A stretch of 57,770 nucleotides of DNA from Cladosporium halotolerans (taxonomy: Eukaryota), in NCBI RefSeq assembly GCF_011745625.1, contig NW_027191476.1, forward strand, positions 310,001 through 367,770, in the 5' to 3' direction. The position numbers and the translations under genes were made by a program. Shown here piece after piece: positions 1 through 12,392 of this stretch (positions are counted from its first letter, which is position 1; every line of letters begins with the position of its first letter). The notes below the pieces were generated by a model that saw only the letters and a list, made by a program, of their open reading frames with translations, was not told the origin of the DNA and did not search any database.

Positions 1-459
1 GACACGGGCACGACGCTGTGCCTCGTCGGCGACGCCTTCTGCGAGAGAATCTACGGCGAGATCCCAGGCGCCACGTACAATGCCCAACAGCAGGGCTGGG
101 TCTTCCCGACGACGACAGACCTCTCCACCCTCCCCACGGTCGCCTTCTCCATCGGCGACGGCCTCTTCCAGATCAAGCCGGGCGACTTTGCCTTCCAGGA
201 TCTGCCCGACGGGACGACGTACGGCGGCATTCAGTCCCGCGGTAGTCAGGACTTTGACGTTTTGGGGTGCGTGTTCCTGCGCTGTGTGTATGCTATCTTC
301 GATCAAGGGAAAGGCCGCTTTGGGTGCGTGCAGAGGGGCCTGCCCGCGATGCCGGTGCAGCCGACTCCGTCGACGGTTACGGCGACGGTGTCGTCGAAGA
401 AGCCGAGGAAGAGGGCGAGGTTTCTGAGCTGCTGTTTGAAGGATGATGATTCGGATTAG
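1..459 (+). CDS. Pepsin-family (A1) aspartic protease, 3' part (5'-truncated by window)
   Basis: Frame 1 from base 1 reads DTGTTLCL...IYGEIPGATY...GWVFP...LPTVAFSIG...YGGIQSRG...VLGCVFLRCVYAIFD...RFG. This is the second catalytic DTG motif plus typical C-lobe motifs; stop at 457-459. Confidence 0.9.
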   Translation, partial: DTGTTLCLVGDAFCERIYGEIPGATYNAQQQGWVFPTTTDLSTLPTVAFSIGDGLFQIKPGDFAFQDLPDGTTYGGIQSRGSQDFDVLGCVFLRCVYAIFDQGKGRFGCVQRGLPAMPVQPTPSTVTATVSSKKPRKRARFLSCCLKDDDSD

Positions 460-777
460 GGTGCAGTGGGTGAGGGGTGTGGCATCTTGCATAGACTCCT
501 ATCAATGCTGTATGTGAATGTGTCTTTAATCCATTCCGGGTCGATTGTGGATGTTGTCGATGTCATGGTGCTAGTCCCGGGCAATCGATTCTTGGACCGG
601 AGTTGGAATGATTTCCGCAACGACGGCAGCTTTGATCGGTGGAGCGGCTGTCGCGGACGTCAGGCCCATCAATTGACCGATAGTTCGTCCTCGCGCCTTG
701 TCAAATCATCATGGCGGCATGTCGTTTGTGGACAAATTATTCCGGGATGAGGATATGGACACAGCATTCGGAACCCC

Positions 778-790
778 AACCCTAACCCTA
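778..790 (+). repeat. Short interstitial telomere-type repeat (AACCCTAACCCTA, ~2 units of CCCTAA)
   Basis: Read directly from the sequence; only two units, so could be chance. Confidence 0.35.
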
Positions 791-1228
791 CTTACACACT
801 ACTCCTGGCAGATGCCCTTTCCTAGCTGAATCAGGACGTGGGTATGTGGACATATTCTTCTTTTTCAGTGTTGATGGAATGGAGATTTTTGATAAGAGGC
901 AGTCAGACTCACGAACAATGTTCATTGTATATGTCAATCGTTGAAGGCATTCAAGTCAAGCTTGTCACCGTGTTTGCAGTGTCTCGCCCATGTCATTGGA
1001 TATATTCATCAGCACTGACCAGCCATCTTATTCGATGTGCATTACTGGATGCTGTAGCTCTCGAGGGCGAACTCATATTGTTCTAAGGGAAACCCTACTG
1101 CAGGAACTTCTGCGAACGATACGAGCTTGGGTATGAAGATCGAGGTCGTGTACGTGACGTCTCTCCAAAAAGGCTGAGTTTATGAACAGCACAAGCCTTC
1201 TGCCTTCCATCAAATCAGCAAACCATCA

Positions 1229-1319
1229 GGTTCAATGGTCTAGCGGTTACGATTCTCGCTTAGGGTCCACCCTGAGACACGATTGCGAGAGGTCCCCGGT
1301 TCGAGTCCGGGTTGAACCC
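1229..1319 (+). tRNA. tRNA-Pro(AGG) with 18-nt intron (1266-1283)
   Basis: Acceptor stem GGTTCAA/TTGAACC; A-box TGGTCTAGCGG; anticodon arm CTCGC-TT-AGG-G^T-GCGAG; T-loop GGTTCGAGTCC. Intron CCCTGAG pairs with the anticodon loop; T-runs follow. Confidence 0.95.
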
Positions 1320-2777
1320 GATTCTTTTGTCTTTTGCTCCTCCCCAGCCTGCCGCGCTGCTCGACGATCATCATCTGGCTTGCAGCAGAGGGCTGTGCAG
1401 CTATCAATGGCCGTGCAGGGCTGATCAACGCCGCGGTCGCAGATAGCACGCAGATAGCGACGTCTGCGGCTCGCGTACGCTGCGTAGCACATTTATTATT
1501 CGCTGCACTGCTTTTTGCGCAACGGACACCGTTGCAAGCGAGCTGGCGTGAGCCACATGCATGTCATCACTCGAAAATAGACGAAAGGTTCATGGGTTCC
1601 CGGTCGTGGTTCGCAGCGCTGCAGGCTTCCTCGAATGCGGCAGGACACGTGAGTGTCTCACCGGGAAACATGCGAGCGGCGCCTGGGATTTGCTGTTTCG
1701 GCCACAGACGCACAAGCGGTCCGGCGACCACAGGATTCGCGTGGGCCTCCTGGCGGAGATTGACCAGCTGGGATGGCAGAGTTTGGTTCGCCCGCGAGAC
1801 ATGGGGGCGGCAGCTGTGGTGCTGCCGCTACCTTGTCGCAGCATGACGGCGAGGTGAACGTTCGTTCATGCGCTGCCGACCGACCACGCCGTCACGCCAC
1901 CGACGACCTCGCGTGGACTAATCGTGTTGCGGCATGGGAGACTACAGCGGCAGTGGACGGCTTCTCGACGGGCGGGCCCCAGTGTATTTCTGAAGATGCG
2001 AGTAGGAGGGCATGCATGCGAGTCCACTCCTGCCGCGCGCGCTACTGCGCCAAGCTCAGGAACAAGAGCGGCCGACGTTGCGATTGGCGGGAGGCGGCGG
2101 GTGTTCCTGGCGCTAGCGTGGTCAGGAGAAACCCTATCTAGTCTCCGGGCGGCCTCAGGACTGCCGCCGGTGAGGCCGACCAGGCGTTTGGGACTATGTG
2201 ACTAGCCGGGACAATGGTATAGACGCTGAATTCGACAATGGGCAAATCTTCCATGATTGCGTAGTGAATATCACTGCAAGCGACACCCGCTCACTCTGAG
2301 ACGAGCGCGGGCGGGCTGTCTTTGATGAGGAGCGCCTTAATATCTGCGCCCGTCCACCTCCACTGCAAGTCGTGGCCCACCGCCCGCTTCGAGGCAGCGC
2401 TAGCCGTGCGCACGCTCCCTGTGCCAATGCTGCATTCCACCCTCTCCTTCCAGACCGACGCCGCCCGTCCTCACGACTCCAGCGCCGTCTGCCTCTCTTG
2501 CAACGCCGTCCACGCCTCCGAGGCCCTCCATTCTTTTGGCATTGACCGTATTCATTCCTTCACCACCGCTGTACAGATCCCCGACGCTCCTTATCCGCCA
2601 GCACGCCTCGCCGCACCCCATCCCCTGAAACGTCTCAAACAGCCTCCACACCGTATCACTCCGTAGACTTCCATCTTGGCTTCCACATCGCGGACTCGGC
2701 ACTCGGCCTCGCGCCAGCGACACACTTGACCTTGCCCTCGGGCTCGTCATTCCATACAGCAACCCCAGCCAGTCAAC

Positions 2778-4931
2778 ATGAAGCTCGCCCTCCTGTCCGA
2801 GGCGGGTCAGCACTGGCGACAACTGCAAGAGCGCGGCCTGGAACACTCTGCCGAAGCGGCAACATCAGTGGTAAATCATGTCACACGCACATTGGTAGCG
2901 CGACAAGACTCGACATGTAAAGCGAACGACTCCTCCGCTGCTTGCCAGAAGCCCGTTGCTGGAACCAACACACAGACGCTCGCCATCGCTCTGGGCGCTG
3001 GGTGAGTACCGACTCACCATCTGATCGCTGAACATCAGACACTAACAATATATAGAATCCCTCTGGCATGTGCAGCCATTGTACTCATCTACTTGCACCA
3101 GCGCCACCTCCGAAAACAGCGTCTCGAGGACAAGAACGACCCGCACAAGTCGCTTGACTTCGGCATGATGGACGGACCTCACGAATCGAAGTGGGCGAAG
3201 CAGAGGAATGGCAAAAACGCGCCTGAAATGACTATCACCGATGTCAACGGGAACTCGAGCTCTCGTAAGGATCGCGGTCTGTCTTTGGAAGACATGGGCC
3301 TTGGAAGCCCTTACCTTCTCCCCGGAGAGCTCCAAGGATCTGGTGGTTCCATTCACAGCATGTCCCGCTCATTGCACGACGACCATGACCCCTACCGACC
3401 TGTGACCTTCATCAAGGGCGACGGCGAATCTGTGCGTAGCCGTCCTTTTAACGAGAAGGGATCTGTCTACTCTGCCGCAACAAGCATGCACTCCACGAAC
3501 GAAAGACAAGGCTTGGTTGCCAACGCTTCGAGGATGTCACAGTCGTTCCCAAAGCGTGGTGATTCAAAGATGTCCGACCCGCTGTCGCCTCAGGACTCTA
3601 TCGATTCGGAATCGTCATTCACTCGTCAGATGCACAGCCAAACCACTGGCGCCCCTGTCATCCGGAAACAAAGTCAATCGTCCGAGCCTACCCTTCCCGA
3701 TATCATGGAGACTGGCCCCCGTATCGACGTCCACTCACCACCGCCACCACCCGAGAAGGAAGACTCGTCATACCCTCCGCGTACCACCTCTGCTGCCGAA
3801 GCCTCCTCTGGGCCTGCCGCTCGCAAGGGCTCTCTGCCTCATATCGTCGTCCCGCCTCGCCAATCAACACAGTCAAGTATCTATGACGACGCCGATGGCA
3901 CTGCTGCATCGCCTCCCATGATCGCCGAGCCTGAGGCTGCGCCCGCCCAAGCAAACAACACTCGCCGCGTCCCATCTCTTATGATCGAAGAGCCTGACAT
4001 GCAAAACCAACGACTGTCCGTCATGGGTCTGAACCTTGCTGAGCCTGCTGCGCCCACAAACAGGTTGTCCGTCATGGGCATGAGACCTTTGCCCCCTGCT
4101 AGCATGCCTGATGATAACCCTGAAGCCCGTGCCAACAGGATTCGCTCGTTCTACAAGGAGTACTTCGACGATAGCAAGCCTGAGCCTGCTGGTGCTCAGT
4201 ACCAGTACCCGGACACATACGACTTGGACTACCTGACTGACGCTGCGATTTATGACCCCGAATCTGGCGGATTCGTGACTGGCGGAGGTCCTCCTCGTAG
4301 ACCGTTCGCAGAGCCCATGGGTCGCCGCGCGATGACTCCCCCGCCTCGTGGTGCTGCGACCCCAGTCGGTGGCCCTCACATGCGTCAATTCTCGACCCAG
4401 ACTGTTGGCCGCTTCGGTCCCCGAGCACACATGCCCAAGAAGCCCTTACCGCCTCCTATGCCTCTGAAATCTCTGCCCACACCAAGCAAGTTGAAGGACG
4501 ACGCAGCCATCTTCAACGCCGACGACTTTGCCCCCGCCATTACTTACCGCGACAGACAAGCTGGACGCGGCACCGACAGTCCCACTGGCACAATGCGTCC
4601 TTTCAGCCCAAGTGTAGCACCTCACGTTCCTCTCGCCAGCACCGCCGCCGAGCTCAGCCCGATGCCCTCGCCTTTCATGCTGCGCAAATCTGGTACTTTC
4701 ACTGCACTGGACTTCGCACCACCCGGTCGCATCGGCGGAGGCGAGGTCGCGAGCGACGGCGGTTCCATCCGCAGCAATCGCTCCGGCATCTCCAACATGC
4801 ACTCGCAAGCCCTCCGCGCCGGCGCCTACCGCGTCTCCCGCCTGCCGCCCGAGATGGTTGGCACCCGCGACGATCTCGCCGCGCAGCTCAAGCCAAGCTG
4901 GGACATGCGCCGCGACAACACCATGGGTTAA
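2778..4931 (+). CDS. Single-pass membrane protein with long Ser/Pro-rich cytoplasmic tail, Skg6/Tos2-like; exons 2778-3001, 3056-4931
   Basis: Intron GTGAGT...CTAAC...TAG (3002-3055) joins TLAIALGAG to IPLACAAIVLIYLHQRHLRK, giving a TM helix plus basic stop-transfer. Conserved-looking blocks: EDKNDPHKSLDFG, NPEARANRIRSFYKEYF, LRKSGTFTALDFAPP. Family assignment is from memory. Confidence 0.75.
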
Positions 4932-6093
4932 TCAAGAACCGACTGCCGAATCTCCCTTCGTCTTGGATCGCAGAACAGACGGACCAAAACCGACATGTTG
5001 AAAGCCTCTCGTAACGAACCGCGAAAAAAAGCAAATGCAACACACTTCTTATATCATGACAAAGAACACATACTGGATTCATTGAGCCGGCGCTACTTGT
5101 TGCACACATACACAAATCTTCTTTACACAGAAAACACGCCCGCGAGCCCGGTGTCGTCCACGGGGCCAGCTCTCTCCCGCCCTGTCCATACTTCTTCTCT
5201 TCCTCTTCTTCTGCAAATAGCCGGCCACATTGTCGGGGTTGTACAGTACGCAATGTACTCTTTGTTTCTTCGCCATCTCTTGTCACCTCGCTCTCCAAAC
5301 GATTTGGGTTTTTTTCAAACCTCAAGAAAATCATCAGCTGCGCTTGTCATCGAATGCGGACGGCCAAAAAGAATATCGGAGACGCAAAGTGCAATTGATT
5401 TCTTGCTTGTCAATTTTTTTTCTTTTCTCACGTCCGGCATCATCATCGGTCACGGCAGAGGTGGGCGGCTGGGGTTCATTGCGGTGTATATTGGGATATT
5501 TTGTCTCTCTGGGAAAACGGGGATGGGGCTCAAGAGGCGTTCTTGATATATAGTGGGGATCTTTTGTTGTGTTTAATGTATTTCTTGGTTTTGACTGATC
5601 TTGGCTTCATTGCTTTCATTTTTTTTGACGTTTTGTGTGAATGTCGCCTTGCATCGACCATATCTCTCCTGCAGCAAGTCGGGACATTCGGTGAAAAGGT
5701 CTATCAAGGGATGGGGGAGAGGCCGTGAGGTGAGGAGAGAGTCGGCCCCTCTTGAAAGCACAGCATTGCAACAACAAGACTGAAAGGACACGCGATCGTC
5801 GATGCTCGCTTACCGGAGGTGCAACTTACACAATTGCAACCCGAGCGGCAGACCTTACATACCTGTTCCTCGAGATCGCCGAGCCACGACCCTGCTTCCC
5901 CTTACAAGGCAACTTGATTCTCCACTTTCTACGCGGGGCTCCCCTTCTACTCTCCGCAAAGAAAACGGACAGCTGGGCTTTGTCGTCGTACATATCGGAT
6001 TCGCGGACGCGCTGACTGTTTGCCGAGCCAGCTCTTGCAACGAAGTGGACCCGCCGCGCCCGCGGCCTTGCAAGGCGCAGGGATGCGTTCCCA

Positions 6094-6657
6094 TTAATTC
6101 AGGCATTTCTCGACTCCTTCTCGCCCGTCGAAGCAGCGGCGCGGCGATCGGTGATCGAAGAAGGGGCGGTATGATGGGGCATGGGGTTTTGCTGGGGTCT
6201 GGCGTGGCGGCGCCGGCGCACGCCGAACCATGTGGCCTTGCGCTTTTTTTCGAATGCGTGCGGTTGGCAGGCGTGGAGGTGGAGGCGGAGGAGAGGTGGG
6301 GTGTGGGGTTGCCTTTGCGGGCAGGTGCGCGGGCTGGGGAGGACTGCCGTGCCTTGCGAGACGAGTTGGGCGTGCTGGGCTGCTCGCGTATCGCGTGCGG
6401 CATTTTTCGGCTCGACGGGCAGACGTGGGTGGCGCTGTGGGAGGATGCGGTCGCGCGCTTCTTGATTCTGTCTCTTTTTTGCCGACACGGCTGATGCGAG
6501 GCGTGAGCAGGCATCTTTGCTTCTTACCTTTTTGCCGTGGCGCGTCGCGCGGTGCAGAGGAAATCTGGGGGTTTTGAGCGTCTATACTCGTCGTTCGGTG
6601 CAGACCGAGCCATGTGGACGTGGGTTGAAAGCTGGAGGTGGAGCTTGGGGCTGCCAT
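6094..6657 (-). CDS. Possible orphan basic Pro/Arg-rich protein (187 aa)
   Basis: ATG in ACGATGG context after a pyrimidine-rich leader; no recognisable domain; all frames are open here, so coding status is doubtful. Confidence 0.25.
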   Translation of the reverse strand: MAAPSSTSSFQPTSTWLGLHRTTSIDAQNPQISSAPRDAPRQKGKKQRCLLTPRISRVGKKETESRSARPHPPTAPPTSARRAEKCRTRYASSPARPTRLARHGSPPQPAHLPAKATPHPTSPPPPPPRLPTARIRKKAQGHMVRRAPAPPRQTPAKPHAPSYRPFFDHRSPRRCFDGREGVEKCLN

Positions 6658-8871
6658 CGTTGAGGAAAGTGTGGACTGAAGGATTGGAATTTCGCAGCCT
6701 GGGAAATTGGACTGGACTCGGCGATGTAACAACGCTGCACGTGGCAATATGGCCGGATGAGTTCGGAAGCGATTTATGCGTGAGAAGTGGGTAGACGGAA
6801 GGTTGTGTTGCTCGGCATGTTCGCTGTGCCTGCCGTCGTCTGGTTTTGACACTATGCACGTGGTCCAACTCCTAGAGATGTCGTATCTCGGATGTCTAAG
6901 AGAAGGCGTGGGTCAGGTCGTATGTACGATTATTGTAACCACGAGGAAGCGATTTCACCCCCAGATAAGCACTGCGACGGAGGAACATCTATGATAGCAA
7001 TGAACATCATGAGCCGGCTGCAGCAGCGCAGTCTGCCCCAACGATTTCGAGGTTCCGCAGTGGACCACCAAGAGGAGACGATTTTTCGATTGGTGCAGAG
7101 AAATTGGCCGCGGCCTGGAATTGCGCTGAGGGCGCCTTCCCGATAGAGAATCGCGGTGGTGTGGATACGGTGGGCTTTCCAGTGACGGTGTTAAGGTATG
7201 ACCCTCTTCGAGCGAAGACGCAGGAGTTGGCATTGGAGCGAAAATGCCAATGATGATAGTATGACTGCGATCACGGCGTCGGCATTGTGCAATCGGATAT
7301 GCTCCGAAAAGTCGCCATGTGGACACAGACCTGGATCGTCATGCGATTTTTGGACCACCATTGAGATCGACTGTGGAGTGCGACCAGAGCGAGAACACAT
7401 CGGGTGCGCAAGCGCTGGGGACAGCGTGGGTCGCAATCAACGCTGCTGTGGAGGTGATTCTGAGTCGTGTGCGTGCGGGACGCTGTTCAGCAACGACACG
7501 TTCACATCACTGGCTTGAGGATTTAAAGCCGCACGTATGTATTTGGCTTGCAATGCACGTAGATAGTCTGTGTGAAAGTATTATTGCAGCATCCATGATA
7601 GAGATGATGTAGCTCTGTTCTTTAGACATTTCGCATCGTGCGCGGCTGCCGCAAGCTCGAGATGTATTCGGCCCTTATCTTGATCGAGATGATGCACGCC
7701 GCTATAGCGTAGCGTCATGGGACGCGTTGACGAGCGTGGACTAATTGTGGTGGAACCGTGGGGTGGATTGAAGACAACAGACGTTGTAGTCGTCACGTGA
7801 CAAACAAGCCCTCGTGAACCCAAAGGCCATGTCGCAATCTACCGGCGCTCGATGGTGGCGTTCTCGAGGCTGGCTATAGACAGATGAGGCTTGCATGGTG
7901 GCTTGCCATCACCACAACTGCCGCCACGCCTAGACATGACGCCTCGAAACAATTGTTTGAAAAATCTCGTTGCCACATGGTGTTCTCGCCGCCGCCGCCG
8001 TCATTACATGAAACTAATGGATAAGGTTAGAGGGGAGGCAAATATGACGCGATTGACCGCCTACGCCAGACATGGGATTCTCTCGTTGGGATCGTGATCA
8101 GTCCTCCAGGGACGAGCAAAACGATGGCGATAAGCTCGATAGCCTCGGGTGGGCACGGAAATACGAGCCCGTCGTCATTCGACTTGAGGACTCGCCACCC
8201 AGGCGATGATGCGGTGCATTCGACCGGCGCCGCCCGTGCCTTAGTGCTTAATTGCGACCAGCAACGAGCTGAGCGTCGCATCTGCCGTCCTCCGTCGTCA
8301 TTGGGCGGTCACTCTTCCGGCTCGCGTCCAGGAGGCTGTGGTGTTGCATCGCTGAGCCAACACGGATGAAGCTCCGCGCAACGACGTCACCCAAGCTCCC
8401 TGAACCCCCGCCGACGCGGCAAGCATGTGAAGGGAGTGCGGCACAGCTTGGCTGGCATGGATTCTCTTCACAGCCCTACAAGTGAGGCTCTGCAAGGGTA
8501 CGATGAAAGGATACCTCGCGAGATGGGGCTCAAATTGAACCTCACGTCTTCAGCAGCAGATCCGTGTGTATAACACCATCGCCGCAGTAATGCACAGATG
8601 CCCATAATTGTTGCCACTTGCCCATGGGGTGAGAGCGATTACTCCAGTATCTCCATGCGCTAGCCGGCTGGTGCAGTGCAGAAAAATGGGCCTGCGAGGT
8701 TAGTCCGAGCGATAGTGACAATAATGGAGCAAACACTGGAGACTACGAGAACCGATGCGTGAGACCGACTCAACAAGGGCCCTCCACGTCTCCGAGTGTG
8801 TGCTCCACTGGCTGTCGCTCTCGTTCAGGAGCGTCCTGTTCCGGAGGTTGCTGTGTCCGTGGACAAGAGTC

Positions 8872-8877
8872 TATAAA
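8872..8877 (+). promoter_or_regulatory. TATA box of aldo-keto reductase gene
   Basis: TATAAA ~175 nt upstream of the ATG, followed by a CT-rich leader. Confidence 0.55.
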
Positions 8878-9046
8878 TGTTGCCTCTTTGTCCTGCTCGA
8901 AACCAATTCTGATTCCACATCAATCTTACCTTTATTCTCTTCTCGAACACAGCAACATTTAGAGCTGTTCAGATCCAATTTCTTCCGATTTCCAGACTTG
9001 AAATCCAACTCCTTTTGCTCTCCGCCACCCACCCATCACAGACACC

Positions 9047-10006
9047 ATGGCACCCAGCGCTATCTCTCCGGTGCAGTCCGAGATGAACCTTGCCCAGCAG
9101 AAGGGCGCCGACCTTGAGCGTCGTGACAGCACATCACCTCTGCAGGGCGTTGGCGGCAGGAAGATGCCCCAGCGCAAGCGCACCATCGACCTTAACGACG
9201 GCAGCGAGATCCCTCAAATCGCCCTCGGTGTGTACAAGGCCCCCAACGGCCAGGAGACCGAGGATGCCATCATCGCCGCGCTCGACGCCGGCTACCGCCA
9301 CATCGACTCTGCCGCCCGCTACATGAACGAGGAGGCTTGCGGTCGCGCGTTGAAGAGATGGTGCGAGCGCACCGGCACCCCTCGCGAGGAGGTGTACATC
9401 ACCACCAAGCTTTGGGATGCCGACCACGGCTACGAGGCCACCTTCAACGCTCTTGTCGACTCGCTCAAGAAGTTCGGCCTTGAGTACTTCGACCTCTACC
9501 TCCTTCACTCCCCTGCCGACTGCGAGACCAAGCGTCTCGAGTCATGGCGTGCTCTTGAGACCGCCCAGAAGTTGGGCAAGGTCAAGTCCATTGGTGTGTC
9601 GAACTTTGGCGCCGCGGACCTCCAGCACCTCATCCAGAATGCCAACGTCCTGCCCGTCGTGAACCAGGTTGAGGTGCACCCCTTCGGCCAGCGCAAGGAT
9701 CTCGTCGCCCTCTGCGAGCAGCACAACATCAAGATCGAGGCATACTCGCCGCTCGCCCGTGGCAACAAGCTCAATGACCCTCGCATCGGCGAGATTGCTG
9801 AGCGCCTCGGCAAGACACCCGCCCAGATCCTCATCAACTGGAGCGCGGCTCGCGGCAACGTCGTCCTGCCCAAGTCGCTGACGGCCAGCCGCATCCAGTC
9901 CAACTTCGAGTCGCTCGACTTCGAGCTGTCCGAGAAGGACATGGCTGCCATTGACGCTCTCGAGGAGAACTACGTCACCGGCAGCTTGCACAAGTCCGAT
10001 GACTAG
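9047..10006 (+). CDS. Aldo-keto reductase (AKR5-like)
   Basis: LNDGSEIPQIALG, GYRHIDSAARY (catalytic D/Y), ITTKLW, DLYLLHSP, SIGVSNF, NQVEVHP, AYSPL, LPKS; strong codon bias. Confidence 0.95.
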   Translation: MAPSAISPVQSEMNLAQQKGADLERRDSTSPLQGVGGRKMPQRKRTIDLNDGSEIPQIALGVYKAPNGQETEDAIIAALDAGYRHIDSAARYMNEEACGRALKRWCERTGTPREEVYITTKLWDADHGYEATFNALVDSLKKFGLEYFDLYLLHSPADCETKRLESWRALETAQKLGKVKSIGVSNFGAADLQHLIQNANVLPVVNQVEVHPFGQRKDLVALCEQHNIKIEAYSPLARGNKLNDPRIGEIAERLGKTPAQILINWSAARGNVVLPKSLTASRIQSNFESLDFELSEKDMAAIDALEENYVTGSLHKSDD

Positions 10007-11138
10007 AGTGCCAGCTGGCTGGCGTTCCGGTTAGACCTTGGCGACGACCAGGTGTTGGCGTTTGGTCTGGTTTTCTTTTTCCTTTTTCTCACGAGTACCC
10101 AAGTTTGACACGACATCTTACGACCAGTGTGGTTCGTAACCATAGATCATAAAGCATCGTCTTGGATATAGAGCGCGATAGACTAGATCGAGGCAATACA
10201 AACCTACCTATACAATAATCAATCATCCCCTCAGTGATTGTGACGTTTCTCACCGTTCAGGTCTTCCGTTCAATGTGTTCAACCGAATGATGTAACAGGT
10301 GATAGTTATCCATCATGGTATTTTGGTGTCTTGATTGATGTGGTGCGGACGTATTGGAATTGTCGACATTGTATTGGGAGTGGAAAAATTGTTCCGAAAG
10401 ACCTTCGAATATTGGTCTTCAGCAATGCAGAGACAGATGAGTGGGCTTCATCAAGCTGCAACGAGAAATGTCGTCGTCGACGAAGATCAACAATCGACTG
10501 TGTTGACCGTTGCTCATCGTCGCTCAAGCCTTGATTTCGTCAAGAAAAGGAAGGAAAAGAGAGGGATGCGATGATGAGCACCGGGAGAGGAACGACGAGC
10601 AGCCCTGAATATGTACGGCAGACTCTGCCAGAGTGCACGTCAACTGATGCAAACATTCGATAAAATCGGGTCACCGTCGAGTTTCGAAGCTCACGATACC
10701 AGCGGGTTGCCTAATTAGGAAGTCCCGTCTCGTCATCGGCTCGTAAGCCGTGCACAATCCCAGTGTCGTTTGCCGCCTCGCTTACGTTCCGTGACGTTCA
10801 AACGCTGCAATAACTGCGTGATGGTGACCGGATGGCAGAGTGCTGAGGCCGGTGGAATTGGCTGTTGATAAGAGTATTGCTCATTGTTCTTAGTTATACA
10901 GGTCTGTGATTTACATTTGGCAGAGACAGCCGTCCCCGAAGCGGGCCGTAAAGAGTATACCGACCGGTCCGGTCGTTGAAGCAGTCGTGATGTTAGAGGT
11001 CCACAGTTGCGACTCTGGCAGCCTACGCGTATGCGCGTCTCGCCATGCTTTCCACTCTCTTAATGCGACTCCTCTCAACGGTCTGGTTGGTGATAAGCAG
11101 CGATAAGCTGATCGCCACCGAACATTCCACAACCATCA

Positions 11139-12392
11139 TCAGGATTCTTGCAGCTTCACTTGCTTACCATCTTCCGCCTCCTCATACCAGCCCAGGGCGT
11201 GGGCCATGTATTCTCCAGCCAGACCCAGGGAGATAGCACCGCCAGTGAACCAGGCGCCCCGTCGGAACCAGGCCCAGCAGTCGGCCACGCTCGAAAGATC
11301 CACTTTCTTGATCATGTAGCCCAACGTTGCAGCAGCGCCACCGCAGACACCAGCGTAGAAGATCGGTCCTGCGCCAATAGCCATACCAGATCCTGCAAGA
11401 AGTGCCACCTGAACACCAGCCACCGCGGAAAGGAAAGTCTTCGCGTTGTGCTCTTGCGCCAGAGCAATGGACTTAATGCCAGCTTTGACGTCATCCTTGA
11501 TGTCTTGGTAGGCGTATATCATGTCGTAGACGAGAGTCCATGCGACACAGCTGCCGTATAGACAGGCCGCCGATATTAAGGCAGGCATGTTGGAAAGCAG
11601 GTCGATGCCCAAGGCCGGATATCCCATCATGGCGCCCCAAGAGAAGGTAAGCCCAAGCACAAATTGAGGGTAATTCGTTACGCGCTTTGCGAGGGGATAG
11701 ATCGTGACGAAAAGCAGAGAAGGAGTGGCGTAGAAGAAACATTGCCATGGGAATTGTAGCAGGATTGCCAGGCCGGCGAAGAGCTGCGCGCCCAGGAAAG
11801 GGATCGCCTGGTAAGGTGTGATTGCGCCTCGAGCGATTGGGCGAAGCCGTGTTCTGGCAACATGCGGGTCGAGGTTGCGATCCCAAAGGTCGTTCACAGT
11901 GCAGCCGGCACCGCGCATGATCAGAGCTCCAGAGTAGAACAGAAGACATGTCCCAGCCACTGTTGAGACAGGTGCGATTGGAGTGGTCAGAGGTGCAGCC
12001 AGCAGAGTACTGAACATGCATGGAAAGAATAGATAGTTGGTGCCGACGGGCTTGTCCAGGCGCACGAGCTCAGCGTAAGGGACCCACGAACTTGGTAGTA
12101 AGGAAAGCAGGCCAGTACTTGGGGAAGTGTAGGGAGCGGGTGTAGGCGGCGCCGCCGTTGGTGCCCCTACTTTGGCGGTGGGATCTATGGTCTTGGCCTG
12201 AGCTGGAGTTGCTGTGGTGTGCCGTCTTGTTGCGATGGCATGGAGGGGTCTCTGGGATGATGGACTTCCTTTTGACTCAGTCGAGGCCAGACTGCAACGC
12301 AGCAGTTGGAGTTGCCTGGACGTCCTTGCGAACGACGAAATACGTGTAGAGCTCTGACAGCCAGCAAAGCGCCTGGCTATGAGTGAGGCCAT
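11139..12392 (-). CDS. COQ2: 4-hydroxybenzoate polyprenyltransferase (UbiA family), mitochondrial
   Basis: RLDKPVG, RGAGCTVNDLWDRNLDPHVARTRLRPIARG, YPLAKRVT, YDMIYAYQDIKDDVKAGIKS; Arg/Ser-rich presequence. Confidence 0.96.
   Translation of the reverse strand: MASLIARRFAGCQSSTRISSFARTSRQLQLLRCSLASTESKGSPSSQRPLHAIATRRHTTATPAQAKTIDPTAKVGAPTAAPPTPAPYTSPSTGLLSLLPSSWVPYAELVRLDKPVGTNYLFFPCMFSTLLAAPLTTPIAPVSTVAGTCLLFYSGALIMRGAGCTVNDLWDRNLDPHVARTRLRPIARGAITPYQAIPFLGAQLFAGLAILLQFPWQCFFYATPSLLFVTIYPLAKRVTNYPQFVLGLTFSWGAMMGYPALGIDLLSNMPALISAACLYGSCVAWTLVYDMIYAYQDIKDDVKAGIKSIALAQEHNAKTFLSAVAGVQVALLAGSGMAIGAGPIFYAGVCGGAAATLGYMIKKVDLSSVADCWAWFRRGAWFTGGAISLGLAGEYMAHALGWYEEAEDGKQVKLQES

Noticed and set aside
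770..800. AACCCTAACCCTA as a telomerase template or telomere remnant
   Set aside because: Only two units, squeezed between a gene end and a tRNA 440 bp away; no supporting structure seen.
6900..8750. Short ORFs here and in 20.7-22.9 kb, 38.5-40.2 kb, 40.9-42.2 kb and 48.8-50.0 kb
   Set aside because: No codon bias, motifs or splice-supported models; treated as intergenic/promoter DNA.
10571..10608. Box C/D snoRNA (TGATGA...CTGA)
   Set aside because: Only ~38 nt, with no terminal stem or evident rRNA guide.
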